Source of the DNA: Acetobacteraceae bacterium
Lineage (GTDB): Bacteria; Pseudomonadota; Alphaproteobacteria; Acetobacterales; Acetobacteraceae
Direction: 5' to 3'
NCBI GenBank assembly: GCA_019241425.1
Contig: JAFAXA010000243.1
Location: 1-51,258 of the forward strand
Length of the DNA: 51,258 nt
The notes below the pieces were generated by a model, which was not told the origin of the DNA, ran no database searches, and saw nothing but the letters and a program-made list of their open reading frames with translations. Below, one piece after another: positions 1 through 10,590 of the stretch. How positions within the stretch are numbered: the stretch's first letter is position 1; every line of letters starts with the position of its first letter. Made by a program: the position numbers and the translations under genes.

Positions 1-282
1 GGGAAGCGTCCTTTGACCGGGCGAAATGGGGGAGCAGGTCACGCCGAGATCCGGAACGCGCACATTGTGTGCGGAAAGCAGATGCGGAACGATTCCGGGG
101 TTGGCGATCACTTCGCAGCTCGGACGGCGCTCGCGCAAATGGTTGCCCAATAGCCGCCCAAGCTCATTCTGCAGCAGGCCGTGGACGGTACTTGCCGGGG
201 CCATTGCCTGCGGCTCGCCATTGACGAGTTCGTAGCGCAACCCGTCCGCCGACTCCCAAAGGAGAAATTCACTAGCCGACAT
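1..282 (-). CDS. Uma2 (DUF820) family PD-(D/E)xK endonuclease, N-terminal 94 codons; C-terminus lies beyond the left edge
   Basis: Not in the ORF track because there is no stop in the window. Reverse translation from ATG at 282 gives MSASEFLLWESADGLRYELVNGEPQAMAPASTVHGLLQNELGRLLGNHL...VRVPDLGV. The YELVNGE..AM.P and H..L...L pattern is typical of Uma2 proteins. Confidence 0.6.
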   Translation of the reverse strand, partial: MSASEFLLWESADGLRYELVNGEPQAMAPASTVHGLLQNELGRLLGNHLRERRPSCEVIANPGIVPHLLSAHNVRVPDLGVTCSPISPGQRTLP

Positions 283-413
283 GCGCGGGGGTAGGTTGGC
301 GAGTGCGACCATGTCGCTACGTATCATATCGTCCGCCATCCTGCCCGATCCGAACGGCGGAACGCGATCAGCGCTTCATCGCTGATGGCCGCCATCGCCC
401 GGCCTCATGGCCC

Positions 414-806
414 TCAATCATACCGCCCGGCGAACTCACGCATCTGCTCTGCGTCGGCGCACGCGACCAGTACCCCCGCATACACACCGTCGGTGCCGGT
501 CACGAACAGGGTGCGGGCGACGTGACCGGTCACCGGCCCCTCCTCCGTCACTTCCGCGGTTTGCGGGCCGGTGCGAAGGTGATCGAGAAGCCCGGCGATC
601 GAGCCGGTCGCCGGGCCGAAATAGAAGCGGTGACGCGGCCAATCCTCGCCACCTTGCGCGGCAAGCACGGGTGGCGTGAGTTCGAGCCGGCTGGTCAGCG
701 CGTGGAACAAACGGAGCGCAGCGGCACGAGCCTCCGGGGCCAGGGCGGCCTCATCCGCCTTTGCCTCGATCTCGACCGGCGACGACGCGATCAGCATGGC
801 GTTCAC
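414..806 (-). CDS. hypothetical protein, about 130 aa, no family recognised
   Basis: In-frame part of ORF 414..974. GAGGAGG lies 5 nt upstream of GTG at 806; an alternative ATG is at 797. Third codon positions are G/C-rich. The N-terminal extension in the track is Arg/Gly-rich and unlikely to be real. Confidence 0.45.
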   Translation of the reverse strand: MNAMLIASSPVEIEAKADEAALAPEARAAALRLFHALTSRLELTPPVLAAQGGEDWPRHRFYFGPATGSIAGLLDHLRTGPQTAEVTEEGPVTGHVARTLFVTGTDGVYAGVLVACADAEQMREFAGRYD

Positions 807-1007
807 ATTTTCCTCCTCGCTCTGACCACGGCGGCAACGAGCGTTCGGGCCAGAGGTTCGACCTGGCCGGTCACCGAAGCCCGCAGTCGCGCGGGGCAGC
901 CCGCCGTTGCCCGGGCAGAGCCGTCCTGCCATGGTCCGGGCGGCAGCTATTGAATCGCTATCTTTCTGGCGCATCTACTCTACCGGCCGCTACGGGGAGA
1001 CGTTCCG

Positions 1008-1871
1008 GTGCTTCGATCCAGACTGGGTCATCTATCCGTGGTGTCGCCGGACCGGCAGGACGAGGGCTCGGACGAGTTGTGGAGCCGGTTGCGGCGGGAG
1101 GCCGAGGAGGCCTACGCGGCGGCCCCGATGCTGGCACCACTGTTCCTCGATTCGATAATCAACCAACCGACCTTCGAGGCGGCGATGTTTCACCGCATCG
1201 CCGGCCGCCTCAAGAATGACGTGATTTCGCAATCTCTCATCCTGCAAGCCTTCCACCGCGCGGCGCGGGAAATGAAAGAGATCGCGGAGGGGCTGAAGGC
1301 CGACATCGTCGCGGTGTTCGAGCGCGATCCGGCCTGCGACCGGCTGATCGAGCCGTTTCTGTACTTCAAAGGCTTTCACGCCATTCAGGCGCACCGGTTG
1401 ACGCACTGGCTGTGGACCACGGGCGAGCGGGATTTCGCGCTCTATTTGCAAAGCCGCAGTTCCGAAGTCTTTCAGACCGACATCCATCCGGCGGCCCGGA
1501 TCGGCAAGGGCATCTTTCTCGACCATGCGACCGGTCTGGTCGTGGGTGCGACCGCCGTGATCGAGGATGGCGTGTCGCTGTTGCAGGACGTGACGCTGGG
1601 CGGCACCGGCAAGGAATGCGGCGAGCGGCATCCGAAGATCCGCCGGGGCGCGATGATCGGCGCCGGTGCCAAGATCCTCGGCAATATCGAGGTGGGCGAG
1701 GCCGCCCGGGTCGCGGCCGGTTCGGTCGTGCTCGCGCCCGTCCCGCCGCACACGACGGTCGCCGGTGTTCCGGCGCGACCGGTGCGCGGCAAGACGCCGG
1801 ATGAGCCCGCCCGCAGCATGGATCAGATCCTGGACGAACTCTCCTACGAGCGGTTCAACTACACGATCTGA
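1008..1871 (+). CDS. cysE: serine O-acetyltransferase
   Basis: N-terminal SATase helix region (FHRIAGRL, ERDPAC, FKGFHAIQAHRLTHWLW) followed by hexapeptide repeats (DIHPAARIGKGIFLDHATGLVVGATAVIEDGVSLLQDVTLGG). The exact start is uncertain. Confidence 0.9.
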   Translation: MLRSRLGHLSVVSPDRQDEGSDELWSRLRREAEEAYAAAPMLAPLFLDSIINQPTFEAAMFHRIAGRLKNDVISQSLILQAFHRAAREMKEIAEGLKADIVAVFERDPACDRLIEPFLYFKGFHAIQAHRLTHWLWTTGERDFALYLQSRSSEVFQTDIHPAARIGKGIFLDHATGLVVGATAVIEDGVSLLQDVTLGGTGKECGERHPKIRRGAMIGAGAKILGNIEVGEAARVAAGSVVLAPVPPHTTVAGVPARPVRGKTPDEPARSMDQILDELSYERFNYTI

Positions 1872-1874
1872 GGC

Positions 1875-2978
1875 TTACCAGGTCGCGACGAAGGCTTGCT
1901 GCGCCCGTGCGGCGTCGGTGATCCCGTTCGCGATCAGAAGCTGCGCCAGCACCCGCGCCTTCTGCGGATTGAGGTCGAGCGCGGTGACGAAACCGAGCTT
2001 GTCGTCATTGACCTCGACATTGCGGTTGACGAAGCCCGAGCCGACCCGCGAGGCACGCACCACGAGAACTCCGGATTGCGCGGCCTTCGCCATCGCGTCG
2101 ATCGCCGCCTGCGACCCGTTGCCGTCGCCGACGCCTGCCAGCACCAGCCCCTTTGCGCCACCCTTGACCGCGTCCTCGATGAGCGCCGCGTCCATGCCGG
2201 CATGCGCGTAGACGATGTCGACGCGCGGCAGCGGCGGCGCTTGCGGTAGAGCGAGGGGCTGACCCGGCTCCGCCGAGGCCGCCGGCATCATGAACCGGAC
2301 GCTGGACGGGTCGACATAGCCGACCGGACCGCCATTCGGCGACTGGAACGTCTGCACGCTGGTGGTGTTGCCTTTTTCGACCCCGCGCGCCCCATGGATC
2401 CTATCGTTCAGAACGACCAGCACGCCCCGGCCGCGCGCTTGCGGGGACGCCGCGACCTCGACGGCCTCGTACAGATTGGCGGGGCCGTCGGCGCTCACCG
2501 CGGTCGACGGCCGCATCGACCCGGCCATGACCACGGGCATGTCGGTATGGAGCACGGACTGCAGGAAGAACGCGGTCTCCTCCATGGTGTCGGTGCCATG
2601 GGTGATGACCACGCCGTCCGCTTCGTGGTTCGCGGCGATGGCCCCGATCCTGCGGGCGAGGTCGAACCAGACCTTGTCGTTCATGTCCTGTGAGCCGATG
2701 GAGGAGATCTGTTCGGCGGACACGCTCGCCAGTTCACCGAGACCTGGCACGGCGGCGACCAGATCGCTGCCGCTGACCTTGCCGGCGTCGTAGCCGATCG
2801 CGGCGCGGTTCGAGGCTTGTCCGGCAATCGTGCCGCCGGTTGCGAGCACGATGATCTTCGGCTTCGCCGCCGGTGTGGCTTGCTGCTGTGCCCAGGCCGC
2901 CAGGCCGGGCGCCCCGGCGAGCAGAAGGGCGAAGAAACAGGCGCGCGTTCGCACGGCGGCACTCAGACCAAGGCTCAT
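1875..2978 (-). CDS. ansB: periplasmic L-asparaginase (type II)
   Basis: Signal peptide MSLGLSAAVRTRACFFALLLAGAPGLAAWA, then IVLATGGTIAG and VVITHGTDTMEETAFFL motifs. ATG at 2978 is preceded by GAAGGA. The upstream 22 codons in the track were dropped. Confidence 0.85.
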   Translation of the reverse strand: MSLGLSAAVRTRACFFALLLAGAPGLAAWAQQQATPAAKPKIIVLATGGTIAGQASNRAAIGYDAGKVSGSDLVAAVPGLGELASVSAEQISSIGSQDMNDKVWFDLARRIGAIAANHEADGVVITHGTDTMEETAFFLQSVLHTDMPVVMAGSMRPSTAVSADGPANLYEAVEVAASPQARGRGVLVVLNDRIHGARGVEKGNTTSVQTFQSPNGGPVGYVDPSSVRFMMPAASAEPGQPLALPQAPPLPRVDIVYAHAGMDAALIEDAVKGGAKGLVLAGVGDGNGSQAAIDAMAKAAQSGVLVVRASRVGSGFVNRNVEVNDDKLGFVTALDLNPQKARVLAQLLIANGITDAARAQQAFVATW

Positions 2979-3099
2979 TGAACGTTCCTTCCCTATACGC
3001 CGCCCGTTCGTCCGGACCGGCGGCACAAGGCGAAGTGGTAGCATCCCGAACGGCGGATCGCAGCCCGGTGGCCGGCGGGTCCGCTATGCGGCGGAGCGG

Positions 3100-3678
3100 C
3101 TACAGGAAGCGGAGCATCAGAAACCCGCCCACCACGGCGGCGGCGGCGGCGCTGGTGACGAGCGTCAGCCGCTTTTCGATGAAATCGCGAACGGGCGCGC
3201 CGAACCGCCGCAGCAGCGCCGCCACCAGGAAAAACCGGGCGCCCCGCGTCACGATACAGGCCGGGATGAACGCCGCCAGACTGTATCCGGCAGCCCCCGA
3301 TGCGATGGTCACGATCTTGAACGGGATCGGGGTCAATCCCTTGATGAGGATCACCCAGAGCCCGTACTCGGCGTACATGGCCCGGAATGCGTCGAAGCGC
3401 GCCCCATAGCCGTAGAAGCGGATCAGCGGCTCGGCCAGTTGCGCGAACAGCGCGTAGCCGATGGTATAGCCGAGCAGAGCGCCGGCGACGCTCGCGATCG
3501 TGCAGATCGCGGCGAGCCGCCATGCCCGCTCCGGCCGGGCCAGCACCATCGGGATCAGCAGGGCGTCAGGAGGCACCGGAAAGAAGCTGCTTTCGGCGAA
3601 GCTGACGGCGGCAAGCCACCAGGGTGCGTTGGGTCCGGCCGCAAGCGCGAGAACACGGTTATAGAAGCTTCGCAGCAT
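3100..3678 (-). CDS. YqaA/DedA-related (VTT/SNARE-associated domain) inner-membrane protein
   Basis: AESSFFPVPPDALLIPM motif and multiple hydrophobic segments. Start taken at MLRSFY (ATG 3678). Confidence 0.75.
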   Translation of the reverse strand: MLRSFYNRVLALAAGPNAPWWLAAVSFAESSFFPVPPDALLIPMVLARPERAWRLAAICTIASVAGALLGYTIGYALFAQLAEPLIRFYGYGARFDAFRAMYAEYGLWVILIKGLTPIPFKIVTIASGAAGYSLAAFIPACIVTRGARFFLVAALLRRFGAPVRDFIEKRLTLVTSAAAAAVVGGFLMLRFL

Positions 3679-3868
3679 CAAGGCTCCTCTGAGCGATCGG
3701 GACGAGATGTGCCATTCGCGGCCCCAAACCTGCAATTAAACGTTGCATTATCGCCGAACTCGGGCCTCGGACGGACCGGGCCGAGGCGGCGGATTGCCGG
3801 GCGGATTGGTTCTTCCAGCACACATCGTTATCGTCCGCGCCTCCGTGACCGGGCATCGGGGGATCTGA

Positions 3869-4354
3869 ATGCCGCGAAAGCTCTTTCTCTGTTCGGCCAC
3901 CGCGACCCTTGTGCTGGCGGCGGCTCTATCAGGACCGGCCGGGGCTGCCGAGCCGGCCGCCCCGGCCCAACCACCCCACGCCTGGCTGTTCGGGACCTGG
4001 ACCGGCGGCCTGTTTCCGACCCCTTCCGCCGTGACGGCGCAGGCCTGCCTTTCCCAGCCCGTCGTCATCTTCACGCGGGACGTCGTGTTGCGGGCGACGC
4101 TGACCTCGGAGACCTATACACAGCGCGTGATCGAGAGCGCGCGCACGAGCCCCCAGGGCGCCGAGTTCCGCTTCGCCCAATCCGCGGCGCCCGAAACCGG
4201 CGCGCTCGACTTCACAGGCCAGCCAAGCGCCACGGGGTTCGGCTGCGCCGACGGCGTGGACGTGCTGCAAGTTGCACGCAAGACGGAGAACGAGATCGTG
4301 TTTCCGAACTGCGCAGATTTTCCGTATCCGCTGATCCGCTGCCCGGCGCGGTAG
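3869..4354 (+). CDS. secreted hypothetical protein with four Cys
   Basis: Signal peptide MPRKLFLCSATATLVLAAALSGPAGA with AxA cleavage. No family recognised. Confidence 0.5.
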   Translation: MPRKLFLCSATATLVLAAALSGPAGAAEPAAPAQPPHAWLFGTWTGGLFPTPSAVTAQACLSQPVVIFTRDVVLRATLTSETYTQRVIESARTSPQGAEFRFAQSAAPETGALDFTGQPSATGFGCADGVDVLQVARKTENEIVFPNCADFPYPLIRCPAR

Positions 4355-4425
4355 CGCAGGCCGGCCGCGTTCTCCGGCCGTCCCCGGTCGAGTTCCGCCG
4401 ACCCGCATGGGTTGGCCGGCCACGC

Positions 4426-5766
4426 TCAGGCCGGCAACAGCACGTGCGCGCGGACGCCGCCCATCGGGCGGTTGGCGAGGGTCACGTCGCCGCCATGGGC
4501 GCGCAGGATGTTGCGGGCGATCGGCAGGCCGAGGCCGACCCCGCCGGTTTCGCGGTTGCGGCTGCCCTCCACCCGGTGAAACGGCTCGAAGACCCGGTCC
4601 AGATGCTCGGGCGGAATGCCCGGGCCGTCATCCTCCACGAACACGGAAACGGCGCCGTCAACGGGCGGTTCCAGCCGCACCCGCGCGCTGCCGCCATAAC
4701 TTATTGCGTTTGCAATCAGATTGACGAAGACGCGCTTCAAGGCGAGCGGGCGGGCGCGCACCGTGAGCTGGTTCGGCCCGGCATAGGAAAGCCGGTCCGC
4801 GCTGTCGGGCCGGGCGTCACCCGCCTCGTCCAGCACCGTGCGCAGCAATTCGGGCAGATCCAGGGCCGACACCGGCTCGGTCGTTTTCGCGTCGCGGCCG
4901 AACGCGAGGGTTGCCGATACCATCGCCTCCAGCTCCTCGAGGTCGTTCAGCATCTTGCGGCGCTGCTCCTCGTCTTCCATGAACTCCGCCCGCAGCTTGA
5001 GCCGGGTGATCGGCGTTCGGAGGTCGTGGCCGATTGCGGTCAGCATTTCGGTCCGGTCCTGCACGAAACGGCGGATGCGGGCAGCCATGGTGTTGAAGGC
5101 GGCGGCGGCGGTGGCGATTTCGGTCGGGCCGCTTTCCGGGAGCGGCGGCGCGTTCACGTCGCGGCCAAGCGATTCGGCGGCAAGCGCCAGTATGCGAACC
5201 GGGGCGGTGAGGCGGCGCACCGCCCAGATGGTCAGCGCCGCCGCCGCCGCCGTCATCAGCAGAAACGCGAGCAGAAATCCGCCGGAATGCCAGGGCCGCA
5301 AGCCGCCGATCGCGGTCGTGACCGCGAGCCAGCTTCCGTCCGGCGTCCGCATCGCGACCGTCACCCGGCCGTCGGCGGGATCTCGCGAGAACTCTATTTC
5401 GCGCGGACGCATACCCGCCGGCACGGGGGAAAGATTCATGTTCACCCGAAGCAGCCTCTGCAGAGGCTGGCCGACCGGCTCGAAGCGCGCGAACTGGGGC
5501 GGACCGGGGGACAAGGTCGCCGTGAGACCCGGCGGCATCTCCATGTCGTGCAGCATCGCGTCGCGATCGGCAGCGGGCGTGAGGATGACCGCGCGATAGA
5601 GGCCCATAACGCGCACCGCGATATCGCGCGCCTGCGCCAGCCGTTGCAGATCGAGACGATCGAGGGCGTGGATCGTCAGTCCGGCGACCTGGACCAGCGC
5701 GAGCCCGGCCAGCAACACCCACGCCGTCCGCGCGGCCAGGCTGCGCGGCAGGAGGCGCAGCCTCAC
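4426..5766 (-). CDS. sensor histidine kinase (EnvZ-like: TM-periplasmic-TM-HAMP-HisKA-HATPase)
   Basis: H-box AIGHDLRTPITRLKLR, N-box VNLIANAISYG, G-boxes EDDGPGIP and GGVGLGLPIARNI. Confidence 0.87.
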   Translation of the reverse strand: MRLRLLPRSLAARTAWVLLAGLALVQVAGLTIHALDRLDLQRLAQARDIAVRVMGLYRAVILTPAADRDAMLHDMEMPPGLTATLSPGPPQFARFEPVGQPLQRLLRVNMNLSPVPAGMRPREIEFSRDPADGRVTVAMRTPDGSWLAVTTAIGGLRPWHSGGFLLAFLLMTAAAAALTIWAVRRLTAPVRILALAAESLGRDVNAPPLPESGPTEIATAAAAFNTMAARIRRFVQDRTEMLTAIGHDLRTPITRLKLRAEFMEDEEQRRKMLNDLEELEAMVSATLAFGRDAKTTEPVSALDLPELLRTVLDEAGDARPDSADRLSYAGPNQLTVRARPLALKRVFVNLIANAISYGGSARVRLEPPVDGAVSVFVEDDGPGIPPEHLDRVFEPFHRVEGSRNRETGGVGLGLPIARNILRAHGGDVTLANRPMGGVRAHVLLPA

Positions 5767-6530
5767 AAACTTGCGTCCGAAACGGCGCTTTCCCGCCCCT
5801 CGCTGCTGCGCCCCGTCCGTTCCACATCGGCCGCCAGCACATAACCGCCGCCGCGAACCGTCTTGATCAGCTGCGTGCCGCGCCCGTCCTGTTCGAGCTT
5901 GCGCCGGAGCCTGCTCACCGCGACGTCGATCGTGCGGTCGAACGGGCCGGCCTGGCGGCCGCGCAGCAGGTCGAGCAGCATGTCGCGGGTCAGCACCTTT
6001 TTCGCCCGTTCGGCGAGCGCGAGCAGCAGGTCGTATTCGCCCCCCGTCAGGGTCACTTCGACGCCGTCCGGGTTGAGCAGCCGCCTCCGGGCCGGCTCCA
6101 GCGTCCAGCCCTCGAAGCTGAGCGCCCGCGCGTCCAAGGCCGCCTGGCGGTCGGTGCCATCGCCGGCACGCCGCAGCACGGCGCGAATACGGGCCAGCAA
6201 TTCGCGCGGGTTGAACGGCTTCGGCACGTAGTCGTCGGCGCCGAGTTCGAGACCGATGATACGATCCGTCTCCTCGCCCATCGCGGTCAGCATGACGATG
6301 GGCACATTCGATTGCGATCGCATCCAGCGTGCGAGATCGAGGCCGCTTTCGCCCGGCAGCATGAGATCGAGCACGACCAGTTGGAAGTGGCCGGACGGCC
6401 AGGCCCGCCTTGCTTCCCGCCCGTCCCGCGCCGCGGTGACGCGCATCCGGTGCCTCTCGAGAAAGCGCGCGAGCAGATCGCGGATTTCGCGATCATCGTC
6501 GACGACAAGGATGTGCGGCGTGATCTCCAT
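5763..6530 (-). CDS. OmpR-family response regulator
   Basis: Receiver domain (ILVVDDD, VVLDLMLPG, LTA, KPF) plus winged-helix output (LTGGEYDLLLAL...TVRGGGY). Its stop overlaps the kinase start by 4 nt. Confidence 0.92.
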   Translation of the reverse strand: MEITPHILVVDDDREIRDLLARFLERHRMRVTAARDGREARRAWPSGHFQLVVLDLMLPGESGLDLARWMRSQSNVPIVMLTAMGEETDRIIGLELGADDYVPKPFNPRELLARIRAVLRRAGDGTDRQAALDARALSFEGWTLEPARRRLLNPDGVEVTLTGGEYDLLLALAERAKKVLTRDMLLDLLRGRQAGPFDRTIDVAVSRLRRKLEQDGRGTQLIKTVRGGGYVLAADVERTGRSSEGRESAVSDASL

Positions 6531-6602
6531 CGGGCGGAGACTAGCAAAACCCGTCCGAGCCGACAGAGGCGGACGGAGTTCGTGCCGCTTCGTTGCAAAC
6601 CG

Positions 6603-6791
6603 TTACGACGAAGAGGCGGTGGGACCGTCCCCTTCGCTGGTGCGCGGGTTCCGATCCCCGCTCTCGACGGTCTGCTCCGTCGCCCGCCCACCATCCTTTC
6701 CGGGTTGTCCGGCCTTGGTCGGGCGGGTGCCGCCCGGATCCACGCCTTCCACGGGGTCGTTGCCCGTGGTTCGGGTTGATTGATCAGCCAT
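6603..6791 (-). CDS. small hydrophilic, probably disordered protein (62 aa)
   Basis: ATG at 6791 is preceded by GGAGGGGAGG with 5-nt spacing. The sequence is Gly/Pro/Thr/Asp/Glu-rich with no hydrophobic core. No family recognised. Confidence 0.35.
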   Translation of the reverse strand: MADQSTRTTGNDPVEGVDPGGTRPTKAGQPGKDGGRATEQTVESGDRNPRTSEGDGPTASSS

Positions 6792-6912
6792 CCGCACCTC
6801 CCCTCCGCCGTTGCCAAGCGCCAACCCTCGTCAGAACGCCCGGGGTGCGGCGCGGTTCGTCCGCCCCCGGATGGCCGCCAGGCGGCGGCGGCGGTGCGCC
6901 CCGCCGTTCATT

Positions 6913-7821
6913 TCAGTCGCGAATAAGCGTGCCGATCCCGTGCTCGGTGAACAATTCGAGCAGGCAGGCGTGCGGCAGCCGGCCATCGAGTACGACGGCT
7001 CCCTTGACGCCGCCCTGCACGGCGGCCACGCAGGTTTCCACCTTCGGGATCATTCCGCCGGTGATCTGGCCGCCTGCGACGCCGCGTTCCACATCCGCCA
7101 CCGTCATGATCGGGATCAGGCGCTTGTTCTCGTCGAGCACGCCCGCGACGTCGGTCAGCATCAGGAGGCGGGTGGCCCCGAGCGCACCCGCGACCGCGCC
7201 CGCCACCGTGTCGGCATTGATGTTGTAGGTCTGGCCGTCCGCGCCGATGCCGACCGGGGCGATGACGGGGATCAGGCCGGCGCCGGTCAGCGCGTGGATC
7301 ACCCGCACGTCGATGTGCTCCGGTTCGCCGACAAAGCCGAGATCCAACTCGCGTTCGATGTGGCTGTCCGGGTCCTGGACGGTGCGAGTCAGCTTGCGGG
7401 CGCGGATCAGACCGCCGTCTTTGCCGCAAATGCCGACCGCGAGCGCGCCCGCGCGATTGATCAAACCGGCCACATGTTTGTTGACGGTGCCCGCCAGCAC
7501 CATTTCAACCACTTCCACCATGGATTCGTCAGTGACGCGCAGCCCGTGGACGAAGCTCGATTTGATGGCGAGCCGCTTCAGCATCGCATTGATCTGCGGA
7601 CCGCCGCCATGCACCACGACCGGGTTCATGCCGACCTGCTTCAAGAGCGCGATGTCGCTGCCGAATTGCGCCGCCAGCGCCTCCTCTCCCATCGCGCTGC
7701 CGCCGTATTTGATGACGATGGTGGCGCCGGCGTAGCGCCGCATGAAGGGCAGCGCGTGCGCAAGCGTTCGCGCCTGCTCGGCGGCAGCCTCGATATGCGG
7801 CGGCACCCTCACTTGCGACAT
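6913..7821 (-). CDS. argB: acetylglutamate kinase
   Basis: [27 protein letters not shown] and LTDVAGVL motifs. Confidence 0.94.
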   Translation of the reverse strand: MSQVRVPPHIEAAAEQARTLAHALPFMRRYAGATIVIKYGGSAMGEEALAAQFGSDIALLKQVGMNPVVVHGGGPQINAMLKRLAIKSSFVHGLRVTDESMVEVVEMVLAGTVNKHVAGLINRAGALAVGICGKDGGLIRARKLTRTVQDPDSHIERELDLGFVGEPEHIDVRVIHALTGAGLIPVIAPVGIGADGQTYNINADTVAGAVAGALGATRLLMLTDVAGVLDENKRLIPIMTVADVERGVAGGQITGGMIPKVETCVAAVQGGVKGAVVLDGRLPHACLLELFTEHGIGTLIRD

Positions 7822-7922
7822 GGATGGGAAAACTCCTCGTCCCGTGCGTCTCGCGTGAAACGACCCGCGAGGGGCGGTGTTCCGGCACGATGCCCCCGCC
7901 CTTCCTGCCTCGCAAGCCGCTC

Positions 7923-8564
7923 TCAGGCGGCCGCCAGGCCCGCCAGCGCTGCCCGCAGCTCGGGGATGCCGAGACCGGTTTCCGCGCTGGTCGTGATGAC
8001 GTCCGGGTGTGCCGCCGGGTGTTCGCGTGCAAGCGACGCTGCCTCCGCCTGCTTGGGGACGAGCGCCGGTTCCTTGATGCCGTCCGCCTTGGTCAGCACG
8101 AGCTGGAATGCGACGGCGGCCTGGTCCAGCAACTCCATCACGGCCCGGTCGGCCGCCTTCACCTCCACCCGGGCGTCGAGCAGCAACATCACGCGGCGAA
8201 GCATCGGCCGGCCGCGCAGATACTGAAACATGGTCTCCTGCCAGTCGGCCTTCACCGCCTTCGGCGCTTGGGCGTAGCCGTAGCCCGGCATGTCGACCAG
8301 GATCAGCCGCCCCTCGCCCAGATCGAAGAAGTTGAGCTGGCGCGTGCGTCCCGGCTGGTTCGACGCCCGCGCCAAGGCACGACGCCCGGTGAGGGCGTTC
8401 AGCAGCGACGACTTGCCGACATTGGACCGGCCCGCGAAGGCCACCTCGACGCCCCGTGACGGCGGGATCTGGTCGAGGCTTTGGGCGCCGAAAAAGAACG
8501 AGCAGGAGGACGCGAACAGTCTCCGCCCCGCTTCCAGGGCGGCCGCGTCCTCCTCTTCGCTCAA
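7923..8564 (-). CDS. engB: ribosome-biogenesis GTPase YihA/EngB
   Basis: Only the C-terminal 213 codons of the 600-aa track ORF are real. They carry G1 [10 protein letters not shown]3 DMPGYG and G4 TKAD. The start is TTG at 8564, overlapping the yidC stop as TTGA. Confidence 0.88.
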   Translation of the reverse strand: MSEEEDAAALEAGRRLFASSCSFFFGAQSLDQIPPSRGVEVAFAGRSNVGKSSLLNALTGRRALARASNQPGRTRQLNFFDLGEGRLILVDMPGYGYAQAPKAVKADWQETMFQYLRGRPMLRRVMLLLDARVEVKAADRAVMELLDQAAVAFQLVLTKADGIKEPALVPKQAEAASLAREHPAAHPDVITTSAETGLGIPELRAALAGLAAA

Positions 8565-10330
8565 GTGCGGGCGAGGTTCGGTTGCGGCAGCTTGGTGCGG
8601 CGCTGGATCAGCCATTGCTGGAGGATGGAAAGCGTGTTGTTCCAACTCCAATAGATCACCAGCCCGGCCGGAAAGCGCGCCAGCATGAAGGTGAAGATGA
8701 TGGGCATGAACTGAAACAGCTTGGCCTGCGTGGGATCCGGCGGCGGCGGATTGAGCTTTTGCTGCAGAAACATCGTGCAGCCCATGATGAGCGGCCAGGC
8801 GCCGAGATGCAGCAAAGGCGAGATGTGCGACGGATCGAAGGGCAGCAAGCCGAACAGGTTGAAGATGTTGGTCGGATCGACCTGCGAGAGGTCGTGAATC
8901 CAGCCGAAGAACGGCGCTTGCCGCATCTCGATCGTGACGAAGATCACCTTGTAAAGCGAGAAGAACACCGGGATCTGCACCAGCATCGGCAGGCAGCCGC
9001 TCGCCGGGTTGATCTTCTCGGCTTTGTACAGGCCCATCAGCTCCTGCTGCATCCGCTGCGGTTCGTCCTTGTACTTCTCCCGCAGGCTGGCCATCTTCGG
9101 CTGCAACAACTTCATGCGGCTCATCGAGCGATAGGAGTAGTTCGCGAGCGGGAAGAACAGCAGCTTCACGAACACGGTGAAGGCGAGGATCGCCAGGCCG
9201 AAATTGCCGAGCACCGTGTTCAACCAGTCGAGCGCGTAGAAGATCGGCTTGGTCAGGAAGTAGAACCAGCCGAAATCGACCGCCTTGTCGAAATTCGGGA
9301 TGTGGTATTGCCGCTCGTATTGATCGAGCAGGCTCACCACCTTGGCGCCCGCGAACAGGTGTGAGGTCATGCTCGCGGACGACCCGGCGGGGACCGCCTG
9401 CGCTTCCCGCGTCGCGTAGTCCACCTGGTAGTGGTCGCGGTTGCCGGCGGCGTCCGGCGCCGCGTCCTCGATATGGCGGAATTCGACGGTGGAGGCGACG
9501 GACTGGTCGGGGACCAGGCTCGTCAGCCAGTATTTGTCGGTGATGCCGGCCCAACCGCCGGCGCCTGTCGCCTCGTAGGCGATGCCGTCGCGCTTGGCGC
9601 CTTCGCTCTTTGCCTTGTCGTACGTCACTTCCTGCAAGGTGCCGTCCACGACCCCCAGCAGGCCTTCGAACAGAATGTAGTAGCCGGACACGTCGGGCTT
9701 GTAGTCGCGCCGGATGCGCGCCCATGGCGTCAGCGACACCGGCCCGCCGCTTTCGTTGCGGACGCGCTGCTCGACCGCAAACATGTAGTTGTCATCGACC
9801 GAGAGCTGCAATTCGAAGGTCAGGCCGGCGCCGTTGTTCCAGGACAGCGTGACGGGCTTTCCGGCGTTGAGTGTGTCGGCGGATGCCGTCCAGACGGTGT
9901 CGTTGTCGGGCACGCGCAACGTCGGGTCGGCGGCAGACCAGCCGTACTGGGCGTAGTAGGGCTTCGCTTCCGAACGCGGCTCCAGCAGCCGCACCAGCGG
10001 CGAGTTGGGCGCGAGCGTTTCGCGATAGTCGACCAGCACGAGGTCGTCGATCCGCGCCCCGAGCAGGCTCACCGAGCCCTGCACCTTCGGCGCGGCGATC
10101 TTGAGGCGCGGCACTTCCTTCGGCACCGCCGCCTGTTGGGCGGGCGTGGCTGGCGCCGCCCCCTGCCCCGGTGCGCCCGCCAGCGGCGTCGCGCTGGAGC
10201 GCTTCTCCGGCGTCACCGCCGCCGTATGCTGGATCGGCGGCTGCGGCAGATGCGGCTTCACCAGGAACTGAAAGCCAAGCAGGATCGCGAGCGAGATGGC
10301 GATCGCAAGAAACAGCCGTCTCTGGTCCAT
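8561..10330 (-). CDS. yidC: membrane protein insertase YidC
   Basis: [24 protein letters not shown]-terminal TM, a large periplasmic domain, and a C-terminal 60-kDa IMP core ([41 protein letters not shown]). The upstream 71 codons in the track were dropped. Confidence 0.94.
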   Translation of the reverse strand: MDQRRLFLAIAISLAILLGFQFLVKPHLPQPPIQHTAAVTPEKRSSATPLAGAPGQGAAPATPAQQAAVPKEVPRLKIAAPKVQGSVSLLGARIDDLVLVDYRETLAPNSPLVRLLEPRSEAKPYYAQYGWSAADPTLRVPDNDTVWTASADTLNAGKPVTLSWNNGAGLTFELQLSVDDNYMFAVEQRVRNESGGPVSLTPWARIRRDYKPDVSGYYILFEGLLGVVDGTLQEVTYDKAKSEGAKRDGIAYEATGAGGWAGITDKYWLTSLVPDQSVASTVEFRHIEDAAPDAAGNRDHYQVDYATREAQAVPAGSSASMTSHLFAGAKVVSLLDQYERQYHIPNFDKAVDFGWFYFLTKPIFYALDWLNTVLGNFGLAILAFTVFVKLLFFPLANYSYRSMSRMKLLQPKMASLREKYKDEPQRMQQELMGLYKAEKINPASGCLPMLVQIPVFFSLYKVIFVTIEMRQAPFFGWIHDLSQVDPTNIFNLFGLLPFDPSHISPLLHLGAWPLIMGCTMFLQQKLNPPPPDPTQAKLFQFMPIIFTFMLARFPAGLVIYWSWNNTLSILQQWLIQRRTKLPQPNLART

Positions 10331-10590
10331 CAATACCCCGTCTGGCCGGAATGACCCGGTCGTTGCGCGGCCTCCGGCACCAGATCGACGCCGCCCGCGC
10401 ACCACGGATTGCAGCGCAGCACCCGACGGGCGGCGAGCAGCATCCCCCGTCCTGCGCCGTGGCAGCGGCAGGCTTCGACCGCATACTCGCTGCAACTCGG
10501 ATAGAACCGGCACTGGCCACCGAGCAGCGGGCCGAGCGTCCACTGATAGGCGCGGATCGCGCCCACGGCCACGGCGGCGCTCGAGGTCAC
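10330..10590 (-). CDS. yidD: membrane protein insertion efficiency factor YidD
   Basis: YQWTLGPLLGGQCRFYPSCSEYAVEA...RCNPW signature. GTG start overlaps the rnpA stop (GTGA); its stop overlaps the yidC start (ATGA). Confidence 0.88.
   Translation of the reverse strand: MTSSAAVAVGAIRAYQWTLGPLLGGQCRFYPSCSEYAVEACRCHGAGRGMLLAARRVLRCNPWCAGGVDLVPEAAQRPGHSGQTGY

Noticed and set aside
2830-5844. A 1004-aa plus-strand ORF spanning asparaginase, the YqaA-like gene, the secreted protein and the histidine kinase
   Set aside because: The translation is Arg/Gly/Pro/Ala-rich and low in complexity. It runs antisense to or out of frame with four genes that have clear family motifs. This is the expected stop-codon-poor artefact of very GC-rich DNA.
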